From: Alphaproteobacteria bacterium
Lineage (GTDB): Bacteria > Pseudomonadota > Alphaproteobacteria > UBA2966
Assembly (NCBI GenBank): GCA_964291395.2
Contig: OZ219856.1
Span: 640,001 to 704,000, forward strand
Reading direction: 5' to 3'
Length of the DNA: 64,000 nt
Positions 45,503 through 55,240 of this stretch are shown piece after piece; position 1 is the stretch's first letter, and each line of letters opens with the position of its first letter. A model generated the notes under the pieces. That model was given only the letters and a program-made list of their open reading frames with translations, was not told the DNA's origin and searched no databases. The translations under genes were made by a program, and so were the position numbers.

Positions 45503-46623
45503 TTCGCCGCCGCGATGGCCGCTCGTACGGCCTCGTCCATGGTCGGGAAGGGCTCCATCTTCAGGCGCTCCCGGACGATCGGTACCGCTTCCTTCGAGCC
45601 CGTGCCGTGGATGGAGAAGAACACCGGGACGTCGGGCTCGAGCTCTTCCCAGGCGTTGACGACGCCTTCGGTCATCACGTCCGTGCGGGCGAAGGCGCCG
45701 CAGAAGTTGACGACCAGGCTCCTGACCTTGGGATTGGAGAGGACGAGGTCGAGCGCCGGCGTGGCCTTGGTGTAGGACTGCCCGCCGATCTCCAGGAAGT
45801 TGGCCGGTGCGCCGCCGTAGTGGCGCACGGCGTCCATGGTCGTCATCGTGAGGCCCGCGCCGTTGGCGAGGATGCCGATCTCCCCGTCGAGCTCGATGTA
45901 GGTGAGGCCCAGGTCCCGGCCGCGCGCTTCGAGCTCGGTGAGCGTGTCGGGAACGCCGGCGCCGACGATATCCTCGTGCCGGGCCTTGGAAAGGTCGTCC
46001 AGGGTGAACTTGCAGTCGAGCGCGACGACCCGCCCGTCGCCGGTGACGGCGAGGGGATTGATCTCCACCAGCTCCGCGTCCCGCGACCGCCACACGTCGT
46101 ACAGCCGCGCGAGAACGTCGGCGACGGCTTCCGCGGCCTCGCCGAGGTCCAGGCCGTCGAGAACGTTCCCCGCGGCGGCGGGGTCGAGGCCGTGCCGGAT
46201 GTCGATCGCGTGGCGCCGGACGGCGTCCGCGTCCTGCGCCGCGGCCTCTTCGATGTCCATGCCGCCGAGGGTCGAGAACAGCACCAGGGGGCCCTTGCTC
46301 GCGGTGTCGTTGAGTACGGCGGCATAGAGTTCGCGGGCGATGTCCGCGCGCTCCTCGACCAGGAGCCGTTCGACCGTGTGCCCGCCGATCGCCATGCCGA
46401 GGATCTCGCTTGCCGCGGACCTGGCGCCCGCCGCGTCGTCGGCCGGCCTGATGCCGCCCGCCTTGCCGCGCTTGCCCGCGGGTACCTGCGCCTTGACGAC
46501 GACGGGTCCCAGGGACTCGGCCGCCGCCGCCGCTTCGTCGGGCGTCGTGACGGTCTCTCCGCGCGGGATGGCGATGCCGGCGGCCGCGAGCAGCGGCTTC
46601 GCGGCGTATTCTTCGAAATCCAT
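45499..46623 (-). CDS. Succinyl-CoA synthetase beta-like subunit (putative sulfoacetate-CoA ligase)
   Basis: EYAAK, KAQVPAGKRGKAGG, EINPL, NGAGLTMTTMD, NFLEIGG, NFCGAFARTD. Confidence 0.88.
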   Translation of the reverse strand: MDFEEYAAKPLLAAAGIAIPRGETVTTPDEAAAAAESLGPVVVKAQVPAGKRGKAGGIRPADDAAGARSAASEILGMAIGGHTVERLLVEERADIARELYAAVLNDTASKGPLVLFSTLGGMDIEEAAAQDADAVRRHAIDIRHGLDPAAAGNVLDGLDLGEAAEAVADVLARLYDVWRSRDAELVEINPLAVTGDGRVVALDCKFTLDDLSKARHEDIVGAGVPDTLTELEARGRDLGLTYIELDGEIGILANGAGLTMTTMDAVRHYGGAPANFLEIGGQSYTKATPALDLVLSNPKVRSLVVNFCGAFARTDVMTEGVVNAWEELEPDVPVFFSIHGTGSKEAVPIVRERLKMEPFPTMDEAVRAAIAAAK

Positions 46624-46643
46624 GGCAATTCAGCGGGGTGTCG

Positions 46644-48077
46644 TCACTGGCCGTGGCGCGCGAAGTAGGCCCCGAACAGATTCTCTTCCGTGGGCGTTTC
46701 GTCCGGGATCACGGTCGACAGATGCGTGACGTTGATGAAGTTCCGGTAGTTGAGGTTCTCGGTGATGGAATTGCCGCCCCAGGTCCCGCATCCCATGCTC
46801 AGGGTGAAGTTCAGGCCGTTGTCGAAGGCGCCGCCGTTGCCGATGGCATGGGCCTGGTTGACGAGAACGCGGACGACGTCGAGCTCCGCGGCGAGCTTCC
46901 GCATGTTCCCTTCGCTCGTCGAGTGCAAGCCGCACGAATGTCCGGCCCCCTGATAGGCCAGGATGTCCCGGACCACCTCGATGGCGTGGTCGAAATCCTC
47001 GGCGCGGTAGATGGTGAGCGCGAGCGACAGTTTCTCGCCCGAGAACGGATAGTCCTTGCCGGCGCCGGTCTCTTCCACGAGGAAGAACTTCGCCTTTCCG
47101 GATTTCTCGGGGAGACCCGCCATCTCGGCGAAGATCTCCGGGTCCTTGGCGATCATGTGCCGGTTCAACTTGCCGTTGACCCACAGGCTGTCCTGGATCT
47201 TCCGCTTCTCCTCGGGGCCGGCCAGATAGCCGCCTTCGGCCTCCAGCGCCGCGACGGCGGCGTCATAGGCCGAATCGACGATGATGACGGCGTTCTCCGA
47301 CGAGCACGACGTGGCGTTGTCGAAGGTCTTGGAGAGGCGGATCTTGGCGGCCGCATCGGCAAAGTCGGCGGTCTCGTCGATGATCACGGGCGCGTTGCCG
47401 AGACCGACGCCGATCGCGGGCTTGCCGCTGCTGTAGGCCCGGCGCACGTTGTCCTGGGACCCCGTCACCACCACCAGATCCGAGGCGTCCATCAGCTTCT
47501 GGGTAAGCGACTTGGACACCCGCGGCAGGACCTGTACGAGGTCCTTCGGGTGGCCGGCGCGGGCAAGCTCGTCCCGCATCATCCCGGCGACCCGGGAGGT
47601 CGCGGACAGCCCGGCGGGGGAGGGGGCGAGAACGATCGCGTTCCGTCCCTTGACGGCCAGCATCGACTTGTTGACCGGCGTCGCGGCCGGGTTCGTCGAG
47701 GGGCAGACGGCGGCCACCACGCCGACGGGCTTGGCGTATTTGACCAGCCCGCGGTCCGGAAGCTCCTCGATGATGCCGACGGTCTTGGCGCTCTCCCGCA
47801 GAAGGTCGCGCAGCGTCCCGAAGGTCTTGCGGCGGTTCTTGGTGATCTTGTCTTCGACGTTGCCGAGCCCCGTGTCCCGGACCGCGATTTCCGCCAGTTC
47901 GCGCGCGCGTTCGGGCTCGTAGATCGCCCAGGCGAGGGCGGTGACGGCATCGTCGACGGCTTCCTGGCCGGCATCGGCGAACGCCGCCATGGCGGCGCGC
48001 CCGTTGGCCACCAGTCCGGCGATGATCGCGTCCTCCCGCGCGTCGTCGTCGACGGCGGGCGCGGCTTCGTTCAACAT
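46644..48077 (-). CDS. sauS: Acylating (CoA-dependent) aldehyde dehydrogenase, sulfoacetaldehyde dehydrogenase-like
   Basis: KITKNRRKTFGTLRDL, PSTNPAATP, TGSQDNVRRAYSSGKPAIGVG, SKTFDNATSCSSEN, PFSGEKLS, LSMGCGTWG. Confidence 0.85.
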   Translation of the reverse strand: MLNEAAPAVDDDAREDAIIAGLVANGRAAMAAFADAGQEAVDDAVTALAWAIYEPERARELAEIAVRDTGLGNVEDKITKNRRKTFGTLRDLLRESAKTVGIIEELPDRGLVKYAKPVGVVAAVCPSTNPAATPVNKSMLAVKGRNAIVLAPSPAGLSATSRVAGMMRDELARAGHPKDLVQVLPRVSKSLTQKLMDASDLVVVTGSQDNVRRAYSSGKPAIGVGLGNAPVIIDETADFADAAAKIRLSKTFDNATSCSSENAVIIVDSAYDAAVAALEAEGGYLAGPEEKRKIQDSLWVNGKLNRHMIAKDPEIFAEMAGLPEKSGKAKFFLVEETGAGKDYPFSGEKLSLALTIYRAEDFDHAIEVVRDILAYQGAGHSCGLHSTSEGNMRKLAAELDVVRVLVNQAHAIGNGGAFDNGLNFTLSMGCGTWGGNSITENLNYRNFINVTHLSTVIPDETPTEENLFGAYFARHGQ

Positions 48078-48310
48078 CCCCGGCGGTTCTCCACCAACAC
48101 TGGTCCCTCGGCAGTCCTAGAAATATCGCGTGAAAGCGCTTGCAGCAAGCCGGGAAGAGATCGACCGGGCGGCCCGAAATCGACAACCGGACCCGGGGGC
48201 GGCGACCAATGTGCTCGAGCACGCATATGGATGTAGACTGAATCGCTCTTTCCGGGATCGGAGGGTGTCCCGGCGGCGACGTTTGAAGTCATCGGTTCGG
48301 GAGGACGGTC

Positions 48311-49216
48311 ATGAAGATCATGGTAACCGGGGGCAGCGGACTCATCGGGCAGCGTGTCTGCGAGCGGCTGCGCGAGTCCCACGACGTCTCGGCCCTGGAC
48401 CTGGTGGAGTCTCCGTCAGGCGACCGCACGGTGGTCGCCGACGTCACGTCCTACGATCAGGTCGACGCCGCCTTCCGGGACCAGGAAGCCGTGGTTCACC
48501 TGGCCGGGATTCCGTCGCTGCTCCCCGATCACCTGAGCATCATGAATGCCAACGTGCGGGGCACTTACACGGTGCTCCACGCCGCCGTCGCCCGGGGGGT
48601 CCGGCGCATCGTCTTCGCCAGCAGCAACTGCGCCTACGGGATGTTGTTTTCCAAGGGCTGGAAACCCGATTTCCTGCCCCTCGACGAGACGCATCCGTGC
48701 ACGCCGGACGAGCCCTACGGCTTGAGCAAGCTCCTCGGGGAACAGATGTGCGCCGCGCTCACACGGCGCTACGGCAGCGACACCACGTGCCTGCGGTTCA
48801 CGACGGTCCTCTTTCCGGGTTCCGAGAAGAACCGTGACTTCTTCAGGGCGGTCAACGAGCCGGGCGGCATGGTGGCCCAGAGCTCCCTCAATCAGACCGG
48901 CGAGATGACCGTGACCAACGCCGGGAGGCTCTGGGGCTACGTCGACGTGCGCGACGTCGCCCAGGCGGTTCAGTTGGCGCTCGAAGCGGGCGGCGGCGGT
49001 CACCGGGTCTACAACGTGGGCGCCGCGGACGTCTGCTCCGAAGTGCCCTCGCTCGACCTCGTGCGAGAATACTATCCCGATCTGTCCGATCTGCGCCGGG
49101 CCGAGCGGTTCGCGGACCGGCCGTTCGATCCGCTCTTCAGCATCGATCGGGTGGTCGAGGATCTCGGCTTCTCGCCCCGCTACGCCTGGCGGGAGCTGGC
49201 CGCCGAGGTGGCGTGA
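48311..49216 (+). CDS. NAD-dependent epimerase/dehydratase
   Basis: VTGGSGLIG, VVHLAGIP, YGLSK. Confidence 0.9.
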   Translation: MKIMVTGGSGLIGQRVCERLRESHDVSALDLVESPSGDRTVVADVTSYDQVDAAFRDQEAVVHLAGIPSLLPDHLSIMNANVRGTYTVLHAAVARGVRRIVFASSNCAYGMLFSKGWKPDFLPLDETHPCTPDEPYGLSKLLGEQMCAALTRRYGSDTTCLRFTTVLFPGSEKNRDFFRAVNEPGGMVAQSSLNQTGEMTVTNAGRLWGYVDVRDVAQAVQLALEAGGGGHRVYNVGAADVCSEVPSLDLVREYYPDLSDLRRAERFADRPFDPLFSIDRVVEDLGFSPRYAWRELAAEVA

Positions 49217-49447
49217 ACGTCCGACTTCGGCTTGTTCACGTCCTCCCTCTCCGCCACGAATTGGATAAATTAACTTATGATACAGTAACTTACATGTGAT
49301 ACATCTTTTCGGATATCACTCTGTAAATCACTGAACCGTTGGCTACTTGGGACACTTTCTGATCCGTGGCCGACGTCTGGCCGCATTTTCAAGCACCGAT
49401 GCGTCTACGCCTAGCATGACCGGCAATGGCATGGCAGGGTGCATTCG

Positions 49448-49466
49448 GGTAACGCATCTAGTTACC
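49448..49466. promoter_or_regulatory. Operator palindrome of decayed TA module
   Basis: GGTAAC-N7-GTTACC just before the toxin start. Confidence 0.5.
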
Positions 49467-49474
49467 ATGCGTCG

Positions 49475-49800
49475 ATGATCGAGATCAGGGAGTTCGTCGA
49501 TGCCCGAAGCAGCAGCCCGTTCGGTCGCTGGGCCGGCCGGCTCGACCGTCACGCTGCTGCGCGCGTGGCGACTGCGCTGTACCGGATGGAAATGGGCAAC
49601 CTGTCCAATGCGAAGGGTGTCGGTGGCGGCGGTGTGGCGCGAGTACCGAATCGACTTCGGTCCAGGCTACCGACCATGCTACTTCGGACGGGACGGCGAG
49701 GCGTTGACATCTCGTCGGCGGCTGGAACGAAAGCGCGCCACCAGGCGACATCGAGGATGCGGTGGCGTTGTGGCGCGAGTACAGGCAGAGCAAGCGGCAT
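49475..49800 (+). pseudogene. RelE/HigB-like addiction module toxin, frameshifted
   Basis: SPFGRW...GNLSNAKGVGGGV / EYRIDFGPGYR..YFGRDG in different frames. Confidence 0.85.
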
Positions 49801-49809
49801 CTCCTTCAC

Positions 49810-50124
49810 CAGGCCATTGACGCATTTCAGGGTGACGATCCGTGAGCGGCTGGAACGCGATCCGGGCTTCCGAAGGCGTTGCTCGAAGAAGGCGTGCAGT
49901 GCCTTCTCGCCGGCGAGGTCGACGTCGGCAAGTCGGTTCTGCGCGACTACGTCAACGCGACCATCGGGTTTCAGGAACTCGGAGGGTTGACTGGGAAGTC
50001 GCCGAAGAGCCTGATGCGCATGCTCGGTCCGAACGGCAATCCGCAGGCGCGCAATCTCTTCGAGATCATCAGCTGCCTTCAGGAACGTGAGGGACTGCAC
50101 CTCAAAGTACAGGCGGTTCGGTGA
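49810..50124 (+). pseudogene. HTH antitoxin, frameshifted and lacking start
   Basis: FRVTIRERLERDPGFR / LLAGEVDVGKSVLRDYVNATIGF..L...KSLMRMLGPNGNP. Confidence 0.8.
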
Positions 50125-50369
50125 CCGGCAGCGCCCCATGCAACGGCAAGGAGACCAACAGCATGGGCACCGCAGGTCCGCGAGTACCTACAAGGCAATA
50201 GACCTTGGGGTGACGACATTGGTTGCTTTGACGGCAACTTCGACACGCCTTCGGCGTATGCATGCTCCAGCGCAAACGTCAGGAACTAAAAACGTATATT
50301 TATCAGACTGTTAAGTGAACTTTAGGGAGTCTGGGGAAACTATCGAAGTCGGTGTTCCGGCGGTCACCC

Positions 50370-51296
50370 TCACCACCAGTTGCGCCGGTCCCGGCGTTGC
50401 GCGACGAGGCCGTCGGCGACGCCGTATCTGGGTGCGAAGCCGAGATCCTCCCGGATGCGGGCCGTGTCGACCGGACCGGCCTCGCGCCCGCGGCCCGTGA
50501 ACGTGACGGGGCCGCACTCCGGCGCGACGTCGCGCATGATCTCGGTGAGCTCGCGCAGGGTGATGTAGTTCTCGTCCGGGCCGGCGACGTTGTAGACGCG
50601 ATGTGACGGGCCCGGGTGCGTCAGGGCCAGAACCGTCGCCGCCGCCGAATCGCGCACGTACGTCAGGTGACGGCGAAGCCCGCCTCCGACCTCGCTCACG
50701 ATCACCGGCGCACCGTCCATGGCGCCGGTGATATCCTGGATGACCTTCGCCATCCCCGGGCTGGTGACGTTGCCCGGCCCGAAGGTCATGTTGTAGCGCA
50801 AGGCGACGAAACCGAAACCGTGCCGGTCGGCGTACCGGTTTCCGAAGTTCTCGCAAAGCAGCTTGCTGGACCCGTAGATCGTCATGTCCGGCCCCACCGG
50901 CATGTCCTCGCGCATGCGGTCGGCGCGGATCCCGAACGCGGCGCCGCTGCTCGCGAAGACGACCCGTTCGACGCCGCAGTCGCGGGCCGCGTCGAGGACG
51001 TTGAGGGTGCCTCCCACGTTGACGTGCATCGCCGCGCCGGGGGTCCGCTCGCAGTCGAACTGCAGGGCCGCGGCCAGATGGACGATCCGCCGGGCGCCCG
51101 TCTCCTTGACGGCGCGGGTCACCTGTTCGGCATCGCCGACGTCGCCTCGGATCCAGCGAACGCGGTCTTCATAGGACCGCAGGATGCCTTTCGGCGCGCT
51201 GCGGCTGAACACGGCGACGTCCATCCCCAGCTCGCACAGGTCGGCCGTGGTGTAGGATCCGATCAACCCGCCGCCGCCGATCACGATGACATCCAA
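50370..51296 (-). CDS. NAD-dependent epimerase/dehydratase
   Basis: IGGGGLIG, IVHLAA, NVGGTLNVL, YGSSK. Confidence 0.9.
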   Translation of the reverse strand: MDVIVIGGGGLIGSYTTADLCELGMDVAVFSRSAPKGILRSYEDRVRWIRGDVGDAEQVTRAVKETGARRIVHLAAALQFDCERTPGAAMHVNVGGTLNVLDAARDCGVERVVFASSGAAFGIRADRMREDMPVGPDMTIYGSSKLLCENFGNRYADRHGFGFVALRYNMTFGPGNVTSPGMAKVIQDITGAMDGAPVIVSEVGGGLRRHLTYVRDSAAATVLALTHPGPSHRVYNVAGPDENYITLRELTEIMRDVAPECGPVTFTGRGREAGPVDTARIREDLGFAPRYGVADGLVAQRRDRRNWW

Positions 51297-51522
51297 GACT
51301 TCACCTCGTTCCCGTCGCCGGATCGGCCGTCCCGGGCCCGGTCCATGGAGGCCGAGCGCGCCCCTCGGGCCGGGATCGGCGGCGCTTCCGCCTCGACACC
51401 GACCATTTGCTCTAATATCAACATGTTAGATCAGATTCGGGTGCTTCGATCGAATCACGAAGTGGACTTCCCGAAGCGCGGTCTACCACGGTCGTCCAAC
51501 CAACCGAAGCGAGAGGTCCGGC

Positions 51523-53670
51523 GTGGGCCGGCAAACCGAAGAAACCCTCCCGGCCGATCGGGCCGATCCGCTGGCCATGCTGTTCTCCGCCCGTTCGATC
51601 GCGGTGGTGGGCGCGTCCCGGTCGGAGGACTCCGTCGGCGGGCGCCCGATCAAGTACTTGCGCCGGTACGGCTTCGACGGACGGATCTACCCCGTCACGC
51701 CCCGGTACGACTCCGTCGGCGGGCTCCGGTGCTACGCGTCGGTTCGCGATATCCCGGGCCCGGTCGATCTGGCCCTTCTGGCGGTGTCCGCCGGGCGCGT
51801 TCCGGAAATTCTCGAGGACTGTGCGGCCAAGGGCGTTCCGACCGTCATCCTCTTCAGCGCCGGTTTCGCCGAACTGGGCGACGGCGGGCGTGAGGCGCAG
51901 GCGCGGCTCGTGGAGCGCGCGGAACGGCTCGGTGTGCGCATCTGCGGGCCGAACTCCATGGGCACGATCAATCTGCGATCCGGCCTGACGGCGACCTTCA
52001 GCGCCGTGCTGGAACGCACGCACCGCGCCGGACCGCTCGCTCTCGTTTCCCAGAGCGGGATGTACGGCGCTTATATCCTCGCCCAGGCGACGGCCCTCGA
52101 CCTTGGCCTCGGCCTCTTCGCCACGACCGGCAACGAGGCGGACATCGAGCTGTCCGAAGTGCTGGATCACTTCGTCCGCGATCCCGAGACGCGCGCCGTG
52201 CTGGCTTACGTGGAGCAGATTCGGGACGGCGACGCGTTCGTCCGCGCCGCCGAGACCGCCCTGGAAGAGGACCGGCCCGTCGTGATCGTCAAGGTCGGCA
52301 AGAGCGACGTCGGGGCGCGGACGGCGCGGTCCCATACCGGTGCGATCGTGGGGTCTCACGACGCCTACGAGGCCGTCTTCCGGCAGTATGGACTCATCTC
52401 CGTGGACACCGTCGACGAGATGCTCGACATCGCGCGGCTCGTCGACTACGGGATCTTTCCCACGGGAAACAGGGTCGGGATCGTAAGCCTGTCGGGCGGC
52501 GCGGCGGTCATGCTGGCCGACGCCTGCGCCGCGTCGGGACTGGAAGTGCCGGCGTTGCCGGAGGACGTCCAGGCCGGCCTCAAGCGGCGGGTTCCCTTCG
52601 CCGGGGTGGCCAATCCCATCGACGCCACGGGGCAGCTGTTCAACGAACCCGGTATCTACAAGGAGTTTCTGGGAGCGCTGGTCGCTCAAGAGAACATCGA
52701 TACGCTCGTCCTCTTTTTCGGCCAGATGATCGGTTACGTGGAAGAGCTCGGCTCCACGGTGGCCGGCGAGTCCGTGAAGGCGGCGCGGGACAGCGGAAAG
52801 CCGTTCGTGATGGTCGCGATGCCGGGCGACGGCCGGGCGGCCCGGATGCTGAAGGAAGGGGGCATTCCTCATCTCACCGATCCCGACCGCGCCGTTCGGG
52901 CGGTGGCGGCGCTCGCCGCCTATGTCGAACGGCGGGAGACCCTCCTGCGGCGCAGGCGGACCGCACGGGGGGTCGACATCGCCGCCATTCCCCGCGCCGA
53001 GGTCGACACGGAATTCGGCGCCAAGAGGTTTCTCGCCGGACACGGGATCCGGGTGACCCGGGAGCGCCTCGCGCGAACCCCGGCGGAAGCGGTGAGCCGC
53101 GCCGGGGCGCTCGGTTATCCGGTCGCCCTCAAGGTCGATTCTCCCGACATCGCGCACAAGACGGATGTCGGCGCCGTCAGGCTCGGCCTGCACGATGCGG
53201 CCTCGGTCGAGGGCGCCTTCGGCGAGATCCTGCGCGCCGTGGCGGACCGGGTCCCGGACGCCGAAGTGCGGGGCGTGCTGGTCCAGGAGATGGTGCCGCC
53301 CGGCATCGAGCTCATCCTCGGCATCAAGCGCGACCCGGTGTTCGGACCCATGATTCTCTGCGGCCTGGGCGGCATCCACGCCGAGCTCCTGCGGGACTTC
53401 GCGTTGCGCCGCGCGCCGGTCGACCGGGAGACCGCCGACGAGATGCTGCGCGAACTGCGCGGCTATCCGTTGCTCGAAGGCGCTCGGGGCGGCGAGGCCG
53501 CGGACGTCGACGCGCTGATCGACACGATCGTCGGCCTGTCGCGGATCGCCGTCGGGACGCGGGCGTGGATCGAGGAACTCGACGTCAATCCCGTGATCGT
53601 CCTGCCGCGGGGCGGCGGGTGCGTCGTCGCCGACGCCCTGATCCGCGGCCGGCCCGGAGACGGGGCCTAG
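51523..53670 (+). CDS. ADP-forming acyl-CoA synthetase (acetate-CoA ligase family)
   Basis: SIAVVGAS, GPNSMG, SQSG, SHTGA, NPID, ATP-grasp HKTDVG...ELDVNP. Confidence 0.93.
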   Translation: MGRQTEETLPADRADPLAMLFSARSIAVVGASRSEDSVGGRPIKYLRRYGFDGRIYPVTPRYDSVGGLRCYASVRDIPGPVDLALLAVSAGRVPEILEDCAAKGVPTVILFSAGFAELGDGGREAQARLVERAERLGVRICGPNSMGTINLRSGLTATFSAVLERTHRAGPLALVSQSGMYGAYILAQATALDLGLGLFATTGNEADIELSEVLDHFVRDPETRAVLAYVEQIRDGDAFVRAAETALEEDRPVVIVKVGKSDVGARTARSHTGAIVGSHDAYEAVFRQYGLISVDTVDEMLDIARLVDYGIFPTGNRVGIVSLSGGAAVMLADACAASGLEVPALPEDVQAGLKRRVPFAGVANPIDATGQLFNEPGIYKEFLGALVAQENIDTLVLFFGQMIGYVEELGSTVAGESVKAARDSGKPFVMVAMPGDGRAARMLKEGGIPHLTDPDRAVRAVAALAAYVERRETLLRRRRTARGVDIAAIPRAEVDTEFGAKRFLAGHGIRVTRERLARTPAEAVSRAGALGYPVALKVDSPDIAHKTDVGAVRLGLHDAASVEGAFGEILRAVADRVPDAEVRGVLVQEMVPPGIELILGIKRDPVFGPMILCGLGGIHAELLRDFALRRAPVDRETADEMLRELRGYPLLEGARGGEAADVDALIDTIVGLSRIAVGTRAWIEELDVNPVIVLPRGGGCVVADALIRGRPGDGA

Positions 53671-53682
53671 ACTCGATCGGCT

Positions 53683-54840
53683 CTATTCCCCGACGGCTTT
53701 CGCCAGCCGCTCGTAGGCGTTGATGAAGTCTTCCTTGAAGTCGTGGACGACGTGGCGCACCGACCGGCTGGCGTTCATCAGGCCGACGCCCTGGCCGACC
53801 CAGTAGGTGGCGAGCTCCCGAGCGCCCGCGTGGCCGCCTTCCGACAGTTTCTCGACCTTCTTCAGGGCGGGTTCGGAGATCAGCCGCTGCAGGGGCATGC
53901 CCAGCGGCTCCGGGGCATCCGGCTGCTCCCAGGCATCGGTCCAGGACGAGCGCAGCTGGCGCGAATGCTTGCCGGTGCGGCTCCGGGAGCGGACGGTGTC
54001 GCCGGAGCCGGCCGCCAGCAGTTTCTCCTTGATCACGGGGGAAGTCTCCGCTTCCACGGTGGTCAGCCAGACCGAGCCGGTCCAGGCCCCGGCGGCGCCC
54101 ATGGCCATGCAGGCGGCCATCTGGCGGCCCGTGGCGATTCCGCCCGCCGCCAGGATCGGCGTATCGCCGTATTCCCGGATGGCTTCGTGGATTTCGGGAA
54201 CCAGCACCAGCGTCGAGACGCTGCCGCAGTGGCCGCCGGCTTCCGTCCCGCTGACGACGAGGATGTCGACCCCGGCCTGCACCTGGCGGACGGCATGCGA
54301 TTCGGCGCCGACCAGGGCGGCCACGGCGACGCCGCGTTCCTTCCCCATCTCCAGCATGGGCGGCGGCGGCACGCCGAGGGCGTTGGCGATCAGCTTGATG
54401 GGATGCGAGAAGGCGGCCTCGAGCAACGCCGTGGCGCCTTCCAGGCGGAGGTTGTCGCCCCAGCCCATCAGCTCGCGGCGCGCCGCGTCGTCGACCCCGT
54501 CGGAATTGACGTCATGGGCCTCGAGCACGCCCGCGGCGAACCGCTTGTGTTCCTCGGGGAGCATCGCCAGGAGATCCGCGGGCGACGGCTGCGCGTCCTT
54601 GCCGACGAACGCGTCGGGCACGATCAGGTCGACGCCGTAAGGCATGCCGTCGACGTGTTCGTCGATCCAGTCGAGTTCCCTGTCGAGCTCGCCGGGCGTC
54701 ATCCGCGCCGCCCCCAGGACGCCGAAGCCGCCGGCCTTGCTGACCTCGACGACGACGTCGCGGCAATGGGTGAAGGCGAAGAGCGGGAACTCGATACCCA
54801 GCATCTCGCAAACACGGTTATCCACGGTCTCTCTCCCCAT
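53683..54840 (-). CDS. Nitronate monooxygenase / FabK-like flavoprotein
   Basis: FAFTHCRDVV..VSKAGGFGVLG, GTEAGGHCG, AAGGIATGRQ. Confidence 0.9.
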   Translation of the reverse strand: MGRETVDNRVCEMLGIEFPLFAFTHCRDVVVEVSKAGGFGVLGAARMTPGELDRELDWIDEHVDGMPYGVDLIVPDAFVGKDAQPSPADLLAMLPEEHKRFAAGVLEAHDVNSDGVDDAARRELMGWGDNLRLEGATALLEAAFSHPIKLIANALGVPPPPMLEMGKERGVAVAALVGAESHAVRQVQAGVDILVVSGTEAGGHCGSVSTLVLVPEIHEAIREYGDTPILAAGGIATGRQMAACMAMGAAGAWTGSVWLTTVEAETSPVIKEKLLAAGSGDTVRSRSRTGKHSRQLRSSWTDAWEQPDAPEPLGMPLQRLISEPALKKVEKLSEGGHAGARELATYWVGQGVGLMNASRSVRHVVHDFKEDFINAYERLAKAVGE

Positions 54841-54991
54841 TGCGGGCGCCGGTCCGGCGAGGCGTTCATTCAATCGGCCCCGGCGGCGATCCGTCAAGAA
54901 ACCGCATGGCCGTGCGCCGCGCCGCCGGCCTCGTCGCGGGACCTGCCGTGATGTTGAAGCCCTGGCTTTCCGGTCGTCTCCGCCGCGTGCC

Positions 54992-55087
54992 TCAGTGGAT
55001 CGGGGCGAGGCCCTCGGCGGCCTCCGCTCGGGCGATCAGGTGCGACAGCCGCGCCTTGGCGTCTCCGATATTGACCGTCAGGGGCAT
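54992..55087 (-). pseudogene. Phd/YefM antitoxin stub
   Basis: MPLTVNIGDAKARLSHLIARAEA then premature end. Confidence 0.7.
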
Positions 55088-55240
55088 GACGCAGGGCTCC
55101 CATGAAGATGCGACGAAACCTGCCGGCACCGACGCATAGCGGCCGTCATGCGCTTGGTCAACGCTTGGTCCGCCACGAACGGGCCGGACGGGCGTGCTTG
55201 CCCGGGCACGGCGTTCGGCTATCATCGGCCCGCTGACATC

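Noticed and set aside
44561-46623. Canonical TCA-cycle sucCD
   Set aside because: Divergent motifs (NFCGAFARTD, GPNTAG) and linkage to sauS rather than sucAB/mdh.
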